A stretch of 51,762 bases of DNA from Asterionella formosa (lineage: Eukaryota), in NCBI GenBank assembly GCA_002256025.1, contig NKIB01013776.1, positions 1-51,762 of the forward strand, given 5' to 3'. Both the position numbers and the translations under genes were made by a program. The first letter of the stretch is position 1. Every line of letters begins with the position of its first letter. Below the pieces are notes generated by a model, which saw nothing but the letters and a program-made list of their open reading frames with translations, did no database searches and was not told where the DNA came from. Of the stretch, positions 1-12,908 are shown piece after piece.

Positions 1-495
1 TGTGTTGCTTTTGTCTCAACATCCGCTCCTCGGACGTTAGTAACTCGAACGAAACAGTACATGTTGCCCCTCCCCGATAGCATCTACTCCGCTTCCACCA
101 CTCTTGCCACCATCGACATGGACATTGCCAAATTGTCCGACAACGAGTTTGCCCCTGTTTTCGCGGGGGGAATCGTTGTCATGTTTGGCGGTCTCATATC
201 AGCCTTGATTGTTGGTTTCATATTGGAGAAGGGGGATTTGTATGCAAGTGTCGTGGCTGACTCGTACATACAGTCCAGTGACGATGAAGAATTTTGGAAG
301 GGCCTCTCAGAAGAAGAAAGGAAAAAGACACAGGCACTTATTTCTAAGGTCAAGTCGAACAATGGACGGCTTCCTGAAGTGGGGCAGGTTGTAAAAGAAG
401 CACCAGAAGTTGTATTCTCAGTTGCTGTCGAGACTGCCGCGTCCAATACGAAGCAATCAAAGAAGGAAATTGATATGTTTAGCGATTACGAATAG
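1..495 (+). CDS. 5'-truncated hypothetical single-pass membrane protein, probably plastid-targeted
   Basis: The frame is open from base 1 (CVA-FVSTSAPRTLVTRTKQY) into the 144-aa ORF. This looks like a signal-peptide cleavage site with +1 Phe followed by an S/T/R-rich transit peptide. There is one hydrophobic helix (VFAGGIVVMFGGLISALIVGFIL) and a stop TAG at 493-495. Confidence 0.7.
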   Translation, partial: CVAFVSTSAPRTLVTRTKQYMLPLPDSIYSASTTLATIDMDIAKLSDNEFAPVFAGGIVVMFGGLISALIVGFILEKGDLYASVVADSYIQSSDDEEFWKGLSEEERKKTQALISKVKSNNGRLPEVGQVVKEAPEVVFSVAVETAASNTKQSKKEIDMFSDYE

Positions 496-672
496 ATACT
501 GTATCATCACTGCTGAGAACAAATATTGGGCCTGGTAACACAATTAAATATTAATATAATCTTAAATGGAACACAGACCCTCACTACTACACACAAATAG
601 CGATCCCACCCAAGTCTCTCTAAATCTTCCGTGCGTCACCGAAAGCTGAACAGAGGACAAAATGCGTCCTCA

Positions 673-2560
673 TCATGCTTGCATGTCGTCATTGCCGTTG
701 TACTCAATAGCAACGGGCGCAGCATCTGATGGCTCACCTTCGCCCGCTTGCGGTTGTTCAGCTTGCCCATCGTGATTCCGTTCAAAGTGTTCACATATAT
801 TTAGCAGTTGTGCCGAGTTGGTCTTTTGCGCCACTTGGTGCAAGTATTCCACCGTCTCAACAGTAACGGTTGATTGCAGAAGGGCTTCACACCTTTGCTT
901 CAAATGATCCAAAAAGAACTGGTCTGCAAGTTCCATCAAGTCCACCACTTGGTTCACTTCGATATTACCATCAAGCGCAATATCCAGCTTGGGGATGCGA
1001 CCTGAATAGATGTACTCCATCATCGCCAAAAATGCCTGGCAGGAAGTGTTCGGAATTTCGATTTCGGCCCCTGCTTCCGATTCGCGAAAGCCAGTAGTAA
1101 ACATGGCGCGAAAACAATCACTCACAATACTTAAAACAAGCTTGTGCCCATAAACATATTGGCCTTCCACAACGAAACGAACGTCAGAAAATTCCTCATC
1201 ATTAAAGAAATGCTTCAGGCGTCTTTCAAACAATTGAAGCGATGCTGGTTCATTGACGCATGCGCGTGGTGGTGGGTCCGTGTCAAGCACGAAAAAGTCA
1301 TTCAGATAGTCTGATCCACAGGATCCTCCAAAGATAAATAGCCTGCGATGAACGGCAGTGGCAGTATGACCAGCACGGCGCCCTGGTCCCGGACCTTGAA
1401 TTTGGATACCTGTCTGTGAATCTTCGTCGTTGGGATTAGGAGATGCAACTACGCCTGTTATGTTATCTCGGGATCTCCAGTCAGCCCGAGAACCAGCAAA
1501 TCCACCACCCTTGTTTTCAACATCAGAAACACTCCCTATCATTCTAGAATTATCAGGATCGTCCTCATGATAATTTGACCCAACTGCCCTATTTCCACCT
1601 GTCGTTACTTCACTTTGATTCACGTCCAACCATGCCATTTCCTTTCGATCCAAAATTTGTAAATCTTGAAAACATTTGGACGATGTTCCAGATCCGCCAA
1701 ATAGGAAAAGCCGACCCCGCAAGGCAGTTAAGGTCATACCAGCACGAGGATGGGGTAAAACACCAGCGACATGAGGGCAGGTCCAATTTGAAGTGGCAGT
1801 ATCCAAAATATGAATATCATTCAATCTCTCTCGTCCGTTCCTGCGAAAAATGAGAAGTTTGATGAGACCATAAAATATAGAGTAATGTATCATTAGCACT
1901 TCATTGCAAGCATAATACGCACCACCCGCCAAAGATAAATAACTCAGCTGTTTCTTCGAGGTATGCACTAGAGTGATTTGCACGTTGCTGTGGGAGCTGA
2001 CCGGTGGTTTCTACCTTTCGCCACTGATAGGCATCGACATGCAATGCATGTAAATCGTTTAAATATTCCCTTCCATTTCCTCCTCGAAAGACGTACACTT
2101 CTCGACGGGCCGGCACAAAATCAGCTGAATGCATGTTGCAGGGTCCAGGCGTGGAACCCTTGACGGCAGGCTGGTACCAACGCAGTCCTGACGAACTCAC
2201 GTCCAGCACGTGCATGTCGGAGGCTGCCAATGGACCTTGACCGAGCCACCCACCGATAATTATGATTCTCCCGTGTTCTTCATCGTTTGGGTCCGTCGCT
2301 AATGTCGCTGTGTGCCCGTTGCGTCCCGGTGGAGGAGTTCCTTCCACCTTCACTTCTGAACGTGGTTTCACATCGCTATCCGTAGTTTGCAGCCACTGCT
2401 GATTGGCTATGTTGTATAGTAGAAGAGTCTGGTGATTTCTTCTACCATCGTACCCACCGAAGCAGTAGAGGTGACCATTGAAATGGGTCACGGAATGATT
2501 CTTAATAGTAGGCTGCCCGTCCTCTGATTGGGGTGGCTCGGACCACCTCATTTCGTCCAT
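673..2560 (-). CDS. Kelch-repeat + C-terminal BTB/POZ protein (LZTR1-like), 2 exons, ~601 aa
   Basis: ATG at 2560. A GT-AG intron at 1841-1922 joins FGGW to NGRERLND in frame (1806 nt in total). Kelch motifs include YCFGGYDG, PPGRNGHTAT, LFLFGG and RRAGHTAT. The BTB domain reads FSDVRFVVEG...HKLVLS...F.AMF...F.ES...MEYIYSG. Confidence 0.93.
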
Positions 2561-5479
2561 TTCAACTTGTCTTGCCACTACGTTGATACCAAACGAGGGC
2601 TCACGAAGAATCTGGACGTCGAAAGAGAGTTCACGCGTCTTATTAAGGCCCGAGCGACCATTGGGTTGTCTATCGAAATAGGGCGACAGAATATTACTGT
2701 ACCGGTATCTAGGCAGGTTCCATGATGGTGATCATCACGATGGAAACATGACATACTGCGAACACCCGGTATACTATAGGCTTTGTTGTTATCATATACC
2801 CCCGGGGTACCTACGTAATCCCGTCATGGTATGATGTACAGTGCCGAGAGGTACCAGGGTACTAACTAGGACCTGTTATAATACCCAATTTGGAAAGCTG
2901 AATGGGGCCAAAACAACTTGAGGTCCCAAAGTTTGTTTGCTTGACTGCAGAACTTCTGACCACAATTCGGCACGAAATCGAGGCAAATCTTCTCCAATTG
3001 GTATTTTTACATCAATTTAGGCTTTGCATTTGTTTCTGATATTTCAGAACAAAGCACGAAAAGACACTTGGCCCACAACTGACCCCATCAACATGGAGGC
3101 AGTAGCTAGAATTACTGAATCAGGATGACATACAACCAGAGCATGTAGCTTCCTGGTTACACTGAATGGTGTCCTCCAGTTGACCCAGCTACAGGCAAAT
3201 CGTCTGATTGGTGAAGACATCAACATGGCTGCCTATCTTGGACCCTTGGATGAGGAAACTTATACCATTATTTTCTCATACTTCAAACCAGTTGTGACAA
3301 AGTTATCTGCTGGTAAAAGGTGATGTTTCTATGATTTTAGATACTGCACTAGAGAAATTCCAATGGTTGTTGGGTATGGGAATGTCTTCTCCTCAGAATG
3401 TACTCTTGTTCAATTAGCGCCCATGATGATGAAGGCTGATGATAATAGCAATCGCTCCAACACCAAATTTAAATCCAGGAATAACAAGGATATCAAATCC
3501 CAGAGGGAATTCTTGGTCTTTGTTTTAGCCATGCATAAGAATCGAAACAGAATCCCAACATCATACCTAGCTCCTTTGGGACACCACAATAGAGGTACAA
3601 GATGAACATCCACTTCTTAGCTGATGAGGGTGACACTTGTTCAATGATATACAATGCTCCACTTGAAGGTGAGGTATTAAATGGCAACAATTGCACCCTG
3701 TTCTGAATTCTTTGTTGCAGGGAGATTGAACATGCATTGTAAGAATGATTGTATGAGCTATCACTGTTCAGGCATCACATCACATCAGTTTCAAGAATGG
3801 AAGCCAAGGCCAACAGCAGAACAACTCATTGAAATCAAAAATATGAAACATGGCTGGTACAAGCTATGTTGCATTTGATGCTGCAAACAAGGTGTATGGA
3901 AAGGCCAAAAAGGAAAACCTTAAACTGGAGGATCATAGATTTTTCAGGTACACTTTTTTGTATCTAGTAATGAAAATTCACTTAACGATAATTGCTGTAT
4001 AGTAGCTAACAACTTTTATCCACATTGCTTTAAAATTTATTATCGGAACTGAAAGCTAGGGATGAATCAAGATTGATACTGGACAGGAAATTATGTAATG
4101 ATACAGACTGAATACATACAAATCAACAAATGCTCCTTGTTGGATTTCATGACTACTGTGATATTAAAGGCAGCAACAAGGAATTCTTGCTCTCTTAGCT
4201 AATCTTGAAAAAAAGTCACCAGAAGAAAACCTTCTTTGAACAGAAGTGTCCGAAAATGCGCAATGAGTTTATGAGGGGAATTCGTGACTATTTGTATGAT
4301 GCAAATTTTCTAGTCACGTAAAGAACAGCAGCGCATTGTTGGATGTCTATATGTATGTCCTCTATATTATACTGCAAATGACCTAATCAAGATTCCATAG
4401 AAATGTGAACCACGACAATTAGTTTGTACATGAAGCTCAGTACAAAATTAAACCTTGCATTTGGAGGTGTTTCACCCTGCTCTCTGAGCTTTCTATTCCT
4501 CAAGTTTTCTCATCTATTTGTACAGAAGCAAGGAATGATTATCTAACAGCAGTTATCAAGCTAGTCACCACGGACTCAATGATGTCTTGTTTTTGTTCGT
4601 ATCCTCAAAACTGAGAAGACCAAAGCGAAAACAAATGTTAGTGGCAATTTCAATTTTTGCTGTCAATACTAGAGCGAAATATTTTAATTGAACGATGACC
4701 TCATCTATGTTAGGCTATGTCTGCAGATACATATACGAAATAACAATAGTTCATTGTCAATTTTCGATGAGAAAGTCGGCCCAATAAGTTCGCCATTGTC
4801 ACGACAAGATGTTTATTCACCGACCTAGGTACATAAGGCAGTACAAATCAAATTTACTCAAGTAAGTGAAACATAGATAACATTTCGGTAAAATATTAGT
4901 ATAATTTGAACTGGTACAAGTAGTCCCAAAGGTTGAGATGTACAACATACCAGTACCAGTACCGGTACCTTAGCTAATAAACTGCTGTTCATAGAGCTGA
5001 ACAGACCATCTTCACAAAAATATCGTAAGTACAACATGCATGTGTCAAGCATTGTCGAAATATTGTAAAAGCATGTAGGTTTGACATTATAATTCAGAAA
5101 ATACCATATCTCATGTTACTGTTGATTTCAATGATAATACAAAAATTATTGTTCATATTTCTTGATATTCTTTTATTAAACAAAAAATTCATCAGAAATT
5201 TAGTTAAAAACTCTATCATTGTTAATAAAACGATTATTGATTTGCTAGATATTGGTAAAAAAAGTAAACACAAATTCCCTGGACTAACCCATTGGTTTTT
5301 TCGGAAAATTTTGTGCAACGAAGGTAGTAGTGGTCTGATATGATCATCCATGCCTTTGTTTTTGTGAGGAACAACAAGGAAATAGAATCTACCTGTCAGC
5401 CACTGTTACTTGCTCGCTTCCTTCCTTCCCTCCACGCCATCTTCTTTGGGTTTTACTGCAATGAACCCACATGCTGCTG

Positions 5480-6090
5480 CTTTGGTTGTTTCTCCGCCAA
5501 CCGAATAGAGATACGTGGGTGCATGACGAGTAGTTCCTCCTGACCTCCAGATTTCCAATGGGGACGTTCAGAACAATATCTGCAGTAATTCAGCAATCGA
5601 GCCTGATGCATACTACATATGGTGCAAAAAACGGAAGATTCCTCTGATATCCTGTTCCGTGGTAAAGTCGACCATGGAGATGCCTTGTCCCTTAGATTGG
5701 GGCCCATATACCACAGGAGGGATCAAGAAATTTTGATTATAGCCCATCTTTCCCAGAGAAGCTCTTCTGTATTTCCGCTGATAATGTGCTGAGAATGTCC
5801 TCCAGGTTTGGGATTGAGATACCTGTGATCACCAATGAGTATGTTTGTTGGGTAGCCCACAGCATTCGATGTGATAAGTTTGTATCCTGTCTGCTGTGGC
5901 GATGCGACATGGTTAGGATGGCGCATCTATCATTTTTCCCGCATTCTCTGGCGGTGGATCTATGCGGTCCACTCTTTTCTTTAACTGGGACCACTTGCTT
6001 CACTCCAATGCTTGCCAGAGTGGGGTGCATGATCTTCTGCATGCCAGACCAGTTGTGTTGTTTTCTGCCCATCCGTACAACAATCATTGT
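5480..6090 (-). mobile_element. Degenerate 3' end of a non-LTR (LINE) retrotransposon ORF
   Basis: Reading across frameshifts gives SG.RWA.KI...LW...RDKHLHG, matching the W..RN..LHG C-terminal motif of L1/Ambal-type LINE ORFs. Many stops and frameshifts. Confidence 0.4.
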
Positions 6091-7138
6091 TGAGCCTTTG
6101 ACATGAATTCCATATAGTAGGTTAGATCCATCGCTGTTCGTTGTAGGTGAAGGGCTTAGATGTTTTGGAAGTATACTCTAAAAATATTGTCCTGCGTATT
6201 ATCTTAAAGGGTATCTCCCCATGATGTCGTAGGCGTAAAATCTGAGTTTTTTCTTATCATAGATAGATGAATATGTCTGTCTCCAAATAGCTAATATGGT
6301 CGGAATCTTGTGCTGCTGTTTGTTCGGTTCGGCTAATAACATCATTTCATACTTATTTGTTTCTGCCTTTTTTGTCACTTTCCCTGAGCTCACATCATTG
6401 TCGTAGTAGTAAATTGACATTATGTGCACAAATTCACCAGCTCATCCACTACATCTTTCTTATCTTTTGAACTTTTACAAAGGTACTGATTTGGTCTTGC
6501 CTGTAGCTAGCTTTTTGAATTTATGAGATTCACAATGGATTGTTTGCACAGTTTCTGTATGTCTGTTATTTGTCATTGCAACTTATCGTCGCACCCAAGC
6601 AAATTAACTTTCAATTTCCTGTATTGTTGCATCTAGCTAGACTACAAGAATTGAAAAAAAGGAGGTATGTGTACTTAAAAATAAACTTTTGATTGACAGA
6701 TTTTAATGCAACCTGAGGAGTAAAACGTAATTAATGTAGCTCTTGGTCATCCTGTTGGTATATAATATAGTAGGTAATCGTTTGGCCTCTTGTTGCTGTT
6801 TGTAAGAAATTTTGGTGTTGAATGCACTGTAGTTGTTATTTCGTGAGCTGTTAGTTTTCTTGAGGAGTTGGTTACTAAGATATATTCTTTATTACCCAGC
6901 AACATACCAGGAGGATCATTATTTGTTGGATTGCTCAATGATTAGGATGGATTGTAATCGTAATCAGCCTCCTCGCTGTATGTCCACGAACGTAGCTATG
7001 CATCATAATTTCATAGCCAGCAACGTTCTAATCTCATTCCACAATCACTCTCGTTTGAAGGGATGAATATAAAAATTACAGTCTAAACTTGTTCTTGTAA
7101 CAATCAGCACAATTGAATATGTCTTCTTAGCAATGTTA

Positions 7139-7298
7139 GGGGAATCGCTTAGTGGTTAGCACACCCGCCGTGGTGGCGGGTTCGATTCCTGCATTCTCCA
7201 CATGTCTTTTCCATGTTGTCCCTAGGATTCCGGGGGGTGCGGCTGACGAAAAGACAGGTCTCGTTTAACCGTACGGACGAAATAAACCGGTACAAATT
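7139..7298 (+). mobile_element. tRNA(Ala)-derived SINE-like element, family A, copy 1
   Basis: The 62-nt head (7139-7200) has a GGGGAAT/ATTCTCC-A acceptor stem with G3:U70, an A-box (TAGTGG) and a T-arm GCGGG-TTCGATT-CCTGC, but no anticodon arm. The ~100-nt tail is shared with the copy at 18149. Confidence 0.7.
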
Positions 7299-8547
7299 GT
7301 GTCCATCTATTTGGTGGGCCCGAGTGCAATTATTGGATAGCTTTAATGTACTATAAAATTTCATTGACATTTTTGTCTTCTTAGCAATTTTATCTGGTTT
7401 CTCAGAGCAGTAGCATTTACCACGCCCACTACTAGCCAGGACTGCAATGAATGGTTGCATTTGGCTACTGGGAACGTTGCGTTTCTCCTTTGATGGTGTT
7501 CTTAATTTTTTTGTCATTGCTATTAAAGATAATAAATATTGTACCATGGTTTTGTAAGTTTACATTGGATTTTACTATTTCCTTGACGAATGAAAGCAGC
7601 AGATTTACAACTAGTAACGCCAAATTATCTAAATGGTTGTTGCGTGGCAAGCATTTCATCGTTGTGATTTGTGAAATTGGATTTAGCCAATAACCCTGAA
7701 GTGATCACCACCAATCATTTTGGTTGAGCAAGACCTATGTATAGCGTCACCAAACCACGACTCATACCCCCAATTTCTCAGAGCACCCAAAATCAGAAGG
7801 AAAATAGGTGATTTGTATAAAAAAATTCTGTAGCTACTATGAAGGTCAAAGCCTGTTGTAAGTCGCAGGATAAAACACAAGTGTTTTGTGCATATGAAGC
7901 GTTTTATGAGATCATACAGTCAATAAAAATACCATTATGCACATTATGTTATGAGAATATATACTTTATGGCTATTTTATACACCACGAGGATATGGTCA
8001 TTAAAAGGAATTTGTACCTGCCAACCAAATACTTATTGACATCAATTTCATTTGAGTCACGCTCCTTCTTGACTGGATCTTGATATCCAGCTAGGTGAAA
8101 ACCTTGAATTTATCATGGCAGACTGGACTTGCCAGTGGAAGGACGAGTTCTTCCTTGTACATATCTATTAACGCCTTTTGATAACAAGCTTTCTATTGGA
8201 TCGCTATTCTCTTCCAATTCATTATGACCCTTGACTAGGTACCAGGAGGTAGTAGTACCAATAAAAGTTAATTTTTGGTACCGATTCTAAATGAAAAATC
8301 CTCTCAGTAAAAGGTGTTTTATAATTTGTCTTTACCAAACAAGGTATGACATGAATTGCACTAAGGACACGCACCACAGGAATTGTAGATGCTTGTTCTA
8401 TCATATGAACTTCAGCACTTTATAAAGTTACCAGCAGGTCAAATTGAAAACCATTTTATTCATATCATTCAGTGTGCTGGTCCCTGTTATCGTATCCCGA
8501 ATCAAGAGTTAGTATCTCCAGGAAATAAAATTGAAACTCACTTATAA

Positions 8548-8895
8548 CGCGCTATCTAAGACCACGGAGATACACATGGAATTTCATAGACCTGCTGAGA
8601 AGTCCGTGTGCTTCCCTAGCTTTGTTAGTGTAGGTGAGTCACCAATCATCCTCTTTCGCAAAAGATGATTGTCTTAGCCGCAGTGTTAGGGAAAATTCCG
8701 ACCACCTAGGAAGGCGGCAAACTGCTTGTACGTGGGGAAACCTACTTCTCCTTGCACACCACCAGGCAACACTGCGTGGCACGGTAAGGAGTGTGGGAGT
8801 CGAACCCAACAAATTGCTTCTCAAAAAATTGCGGGAATCGAACCACACAGCGTCAAATCAAAGGCAATGAGCCCAACCAACTGAGCCATTCCTCT
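8548..8895 (-). mobile_element. tRNA-derived SINE-like element, family B, with a duplicated B-box/T-arm
   Basis: Minus strand: A-box TGGCTCAGTTGG, then GGTTCGATTCC and a second GGTTCGACTCC. The body is GC-richer than its surroundings and has a 12-bp stem at 8643-8671. The 3' boundary is approximate. Confidence 0.55.
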
Positions 8896-9269
8896 ATCTC
8901 TACAAGGAGATAGTTTGCTAGTTCATAAAGATAACAATATAGTGCTATCTCGGAACAAACGATAGAAATATAATAAAGGCCAGGGCTCTTGTTCTTGGGA
9001 AAACATCATTTGGAAAGTGATTTGCTCCAAGCATCAGCAATGCAGTTTTCAGGTCATGACAAAAGGATCAATTTTATTCCATATGAGGTGAAGGACATGT
9101 ATTGACCAAAACGACATGATAGCTGTTACTAAACATTTATTTGGAAAATTTTTCTGAAATATTACTGCTCATCCCATTGGCCTACATGACGTTCACGTAG
9201 ACGACATACTGGGACAGAATTTCCATCTGTCACAAGGACTGCTTCATGTGATAGCATTCATGTACATAT

Positions 9270-9650
9270 TGCCAAATGCTGCTTTACATCGGCTGGCCAC
9301 TCAATTATTTTTCGGAAACCGAATGCAATCATGTCACTATCATAACTATTACATGAATGAAATCAATGTTGTTCAGTTTTTTTCTATGGATATTATATTT
9401 ATGCTGACCATACTGCCAGATATTTGATGGTTCCAATCCTCAAAACGAGCATTCTGTTGTTTTCTTCCTTCCCATGATCATTGCCATTTTCATGGTTGCG
9501 CATTCCATAATCAAAGGCAAATTATCATTGTTCCACTGTTTGTATGAATGTTGAGAATAGATGGTTCAAAGAAAAATGGGTTCTCATGTATCTACATTTT
9601 GCTTGAGATGGAAAATCGAAAAAGCCCAAAAATGCTTTTTTTGAAATGTA
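9270..9650. repeat. Dispersed ~400-bp repeat, copy 1 (homologous to ~26810-27210)
   Basis: Collinear shared blocks, e.g. ttccaatc.tcaaaacgagcat, ttgagaatagatggtt, tcgaaaaagcccaaaaa. Confidence 0.7.
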
Positions 9651-10225
9651 GTTAACAATTTTAAGTTAACTACATTTACATTATAAGTGGATCTGTAGCT
9701 AAGCGCAAGGGACACATTTGAGTAATTGAGCTGGAGAAAATCATAGCAGTCGAAATTGCCCTGGAGAAATTTTAAGAATTGACCTAATTGTTTTCGCCCA
9801 GAGTGAGTACCAACCAATACAACTGGATGCATTCAGCCAGAGGTTGAGGGTTAGCTGGACCATATGTTGGTTGTGTTGACCACTTGGCTTTGTGCCAATC
9901 CAATCAACCATCCCAAAGATGTTTTCTCATATCAATCCTGTACATCAAATTTCAAATAGCCATGAATATTCTCGGATTGAAAATTGGTATGCAGTCTGTT
10001 CTGTGGTTTTGTAGTATGCACAAGATTGCACTGCTGGCATAATGTGGCAGGCACGCCAGGGCTAACCCATCACAGCTTTAATAAGAAAAATCTCAAATTG
10101 AATGTTTCATCGTCCTTTTTCGCTCATTTTCCTTCAAAGAATGACAATGTAGACTACTAATAATTTCAAGTGCCGCAATAATAAATTATTATGTAAGGAA
10201 ACAGCAAAGTTTTGGATTGATTCCT

Positions 10226-10555
10226 TTACGCAACAAATCCCTTGTACGCAAGGATATTCCCCGGGGGCTCGTACATTGTATCATAATGTGCACGTTCTGC
10301 ACGTCGTTCACCAGCTTTGCAAATGTTCTTCGTTGCCATTCCGCCAACGACACCACCTGCAATCGCTCCAAAAGGTCCCAAAGTGACACCCCCAACGATG
10401 GCTCCTCCAATAATACCTCCAGCTGTTCTGCGTCGACGCTGGCGCTTCATCGTTGCTTTCGTGTTCGTGAACGACGATTGTGGCAACTCGACTGCACAAT
10501 TTCTGTTCGGATCGTAAATGGTCAACGCGGCATCAAAATAACTTGAAGAAGACAT
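10226..10555 (-). CDS. Small glycine-zipper protein (~109 aa)
   Basis: A basic stretch KRQRRRR is followed by GGIIGGAIVGGVTLGPFGAIAGGVVGG. First in-frame ATG is at 10555, but the frame is open to ~10697, so the true start may lie upstream. Confidence 0.55.
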   Translation of the reverse strand: MSSSSYFDAALTIYDPNRNCAVELPQSSFTNTKATMKRQRRRRTAGGIIGGAIVGGVTLGPFGAIAGGVVGGMATKNICKAGERRAERAHYDTMYEPPGNILAYKGFVA

Positions 10556-11011
10556 TTGTTGCACAGATTGGCTTGGCTTTTGGACGCTTAGGACGCTTTG
10601 TAATTCTTGAGTCGGTATAAAAATCGAAACTTCTGATGTATTTGCTCCTGTGGGATCTCTTGCCTGATGTTTCCCTATGTTATGACTGGTTGATAGTCAT
10701 GTTTTGTGGCTTTGTGGAACAAAAATCCTCGTCCTTAGCAGTGTATGAATTTTCCACTCGGCTGCCGGTCTGCTCCTTTATAAACTTATGTGGTTCGTAC
10801 ATATTTATGTGTAAGTACCGGTAACAAACTTTGTTCAGGGAATTACAATCGTGGATAGAATTTTTTTCAAAAGCTAAGTAAAACATTTTTAGGCATTACT
10901 TGTCGGAGCGCCTCATTATAACAGATATTCGTAAGTTTGTTAGCCCTAAATGACGCTTCCGCAGTTTCCCTTCTCCTGCTTGCCTTGTTCCTTTTTAGTC
11001 GAGAATGAAAA

Positions 11012-11091
11012 CCGGTAATACTCGGAGTAGTACAGTAATTCCCGGAAGAGGCCGGTAATACTCGGAGTAGTACAGTAATTCCCGGAAGAGG
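11012..11091. repeat. Perfect 40-bp tandem duplication
   Basis: ccggtaatactcggagtagtacagtaattcccggaagagg x2. Confidence 0.95.
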
Positions 11092-11848
11092 CCTACCGCC
11101 GGTACATCTTGCATAGTCTACCGGTATGTACCCAAGTACCAGTAAACAGGTATACTCCGTATCACGTTTCATCTGAGGATTCGATTCCTATGCATGTCCA
11201 ACACGTAGTACATTGGAGTTGTTTTGTCATGCAGGGCGGAGCAACGGTTTACCAGGAACCCCTGATACTTACCCCCTAAGAAAAGGCAGACAACCTTGTG
11301 AAGTATCTAACCAGAAGTTGTACAGGTACGTAGTATTTATTGAATACTATATGCCATCCAGACCGCAATCATCCTGTAAATAACAAATAATATCCAGGTG
11401 ATGAGGACTGACACGAGACTTTTTCAATGTTTTGTCATCTATATATAATAAAGGCATTGCTATTGTCACACATGTGTAATCTGTTCAGCATTCTGCTGGT
11501 TTTTAGGTACATGGGCCACTAGCTGACCAACAGGAGGGTTCGTGACCACTACAGTTCCTGGGTAGATTCATAAAAGTTGGCAGGTATGGCCCTCAGCACA
11601 GTACCCTAACTTGACATTCTGTCATAGGGTTAACCCCTGGATTTGTAGAAAACATGCATGCACGAGAGCCTGAACAGGGTTAGCTGTGTCAGTGTTATAA
11701 TAATTCACTCTGCGTAGAATTTCCACTCAAGAGGAATAGTAAATGGATTATTAGGGTTTGCAGCATGATAAATTGAGGGGCCTTATGTTTGACTGTTGTT
11801 TCACAATTGTATGAATGGCTGGTTGCAATCACTATTGCATGTGCCCTG

Positions 11849-11896
11849 CCAACACCACTGTTAAAGATAGGTCCAACACCACTGTTAAAGATAGGT
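11849..11896. repeat. Perfect 24-bp tandem duplication
   Basis: ccaacaccactgttaaagataggt x2. Confidence 0.9.
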
Positions 11897-12908
11897 CTGA
11901 ACCTTGATGTTAAGTATGTTGTAATCCTTGATCAATGGGACCACTGGCGGGACTTGAGAGTACATCAACATTGTTAAGTCTAATTTGACTCTTTTTGAAT
12001 TCAAAGTAAAGTATCTAACTAGAAGTCGTAGTAGTTGTCGAATTTATGAGCTTATAAGTTAATCCTTGTGTGCAACTTGTTCTCCTATGTTGAAACTGAA
12101 GTATTCAAATACGTGTTAGTCGAGTTCTCTCCTGATAGGAGAGTTCTGATATAATCTATGTAACCCTAACCCTATAGGTGTGTGTGTAGTTGAGCAAGAT
12201 TGCTCACCTTGTACCTGGTACCAGTAATTTTAAGTCTAGAAAATGTAATACAGATTAACAGTATGTCAAGAATATACCATTAGTATCAAAGGCTATTGTG
12301 AGTCACGAGAATTTTGGACTCGACTATAGTCTAATGAATCAAATGGAGTACTCCCATGTTAATAAACTTGCTAATAAGATTGATGTTTCAGATCAATCAG
12401 AAGAAGATTTGCATCAGCAAAAAGGAACCATGAAGAACAGGTTCTCAAAGAGTGACAAATGGGATTGAAGCTGGATTTTAGTTTAAGCTTATTGATTGAA
12501 GAAACAGTGAGAATTGACAGAGAAAGGTCAATGGCGAAAACTAGCAAGAAGGCTAGCAAAGATAGGTATAAATACTAGTACTACAACAGGTAAGTTCTAT
12601 GTAAGGAGATACCCACATACTGGAAGGAGTATGAAGCTTTTAACACCAGTACCCCATGTATAAACAAATAATTGAATACACCATACAAGCATAAAAAAGA
12701 AGGGGGTGACTTGTGCGCAATGAAACGAGGAAGCGGCTGATGGACTGGTATGTTAGGTCAAGCATGGATCTGCAGATTCTGAATTCAAACAGCATCCAAA
12801 GGTACCAGGTAGACAGAGCATATTTTTTCACTCATCCTAGTGCAACAAACGGCTGAGTGAAATCAGATTGCGTCCGTAGTTTTATTCTCGCATGTGCTCA
12901 TGTATGCT

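Noticed and set aside
2900..4350. Decayed gag-like or other TE ORF on the + strand (e.g. NEFMRGIRDY)
   Set aside because: Protein-like fragments are present but too degraded to assign a family.
5340..5400. DIRS-like RT motif (VPHKNKGMDDHIR resembling VPKG.DDIR)
   Set aside because: No flanking RT motifs; the adjacent sequence fits a LINE C-terminus better.
7139..7200. Functional tRNA-Ala gene
   Set aside because: Only 62 nt with no anticodon stem-loop, and it continues into a tail shared with another copy.
7600..8480. Possible C-terminal Plavaka/CACTA-like fragment (IPVVRVLSAIHVIP)
   Set aside because: A single short motif is insufficient support.
12161..12173. Interstitial telomeric repeat (TAACCC)2
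   Set aside because: Only two units; expected by chance.
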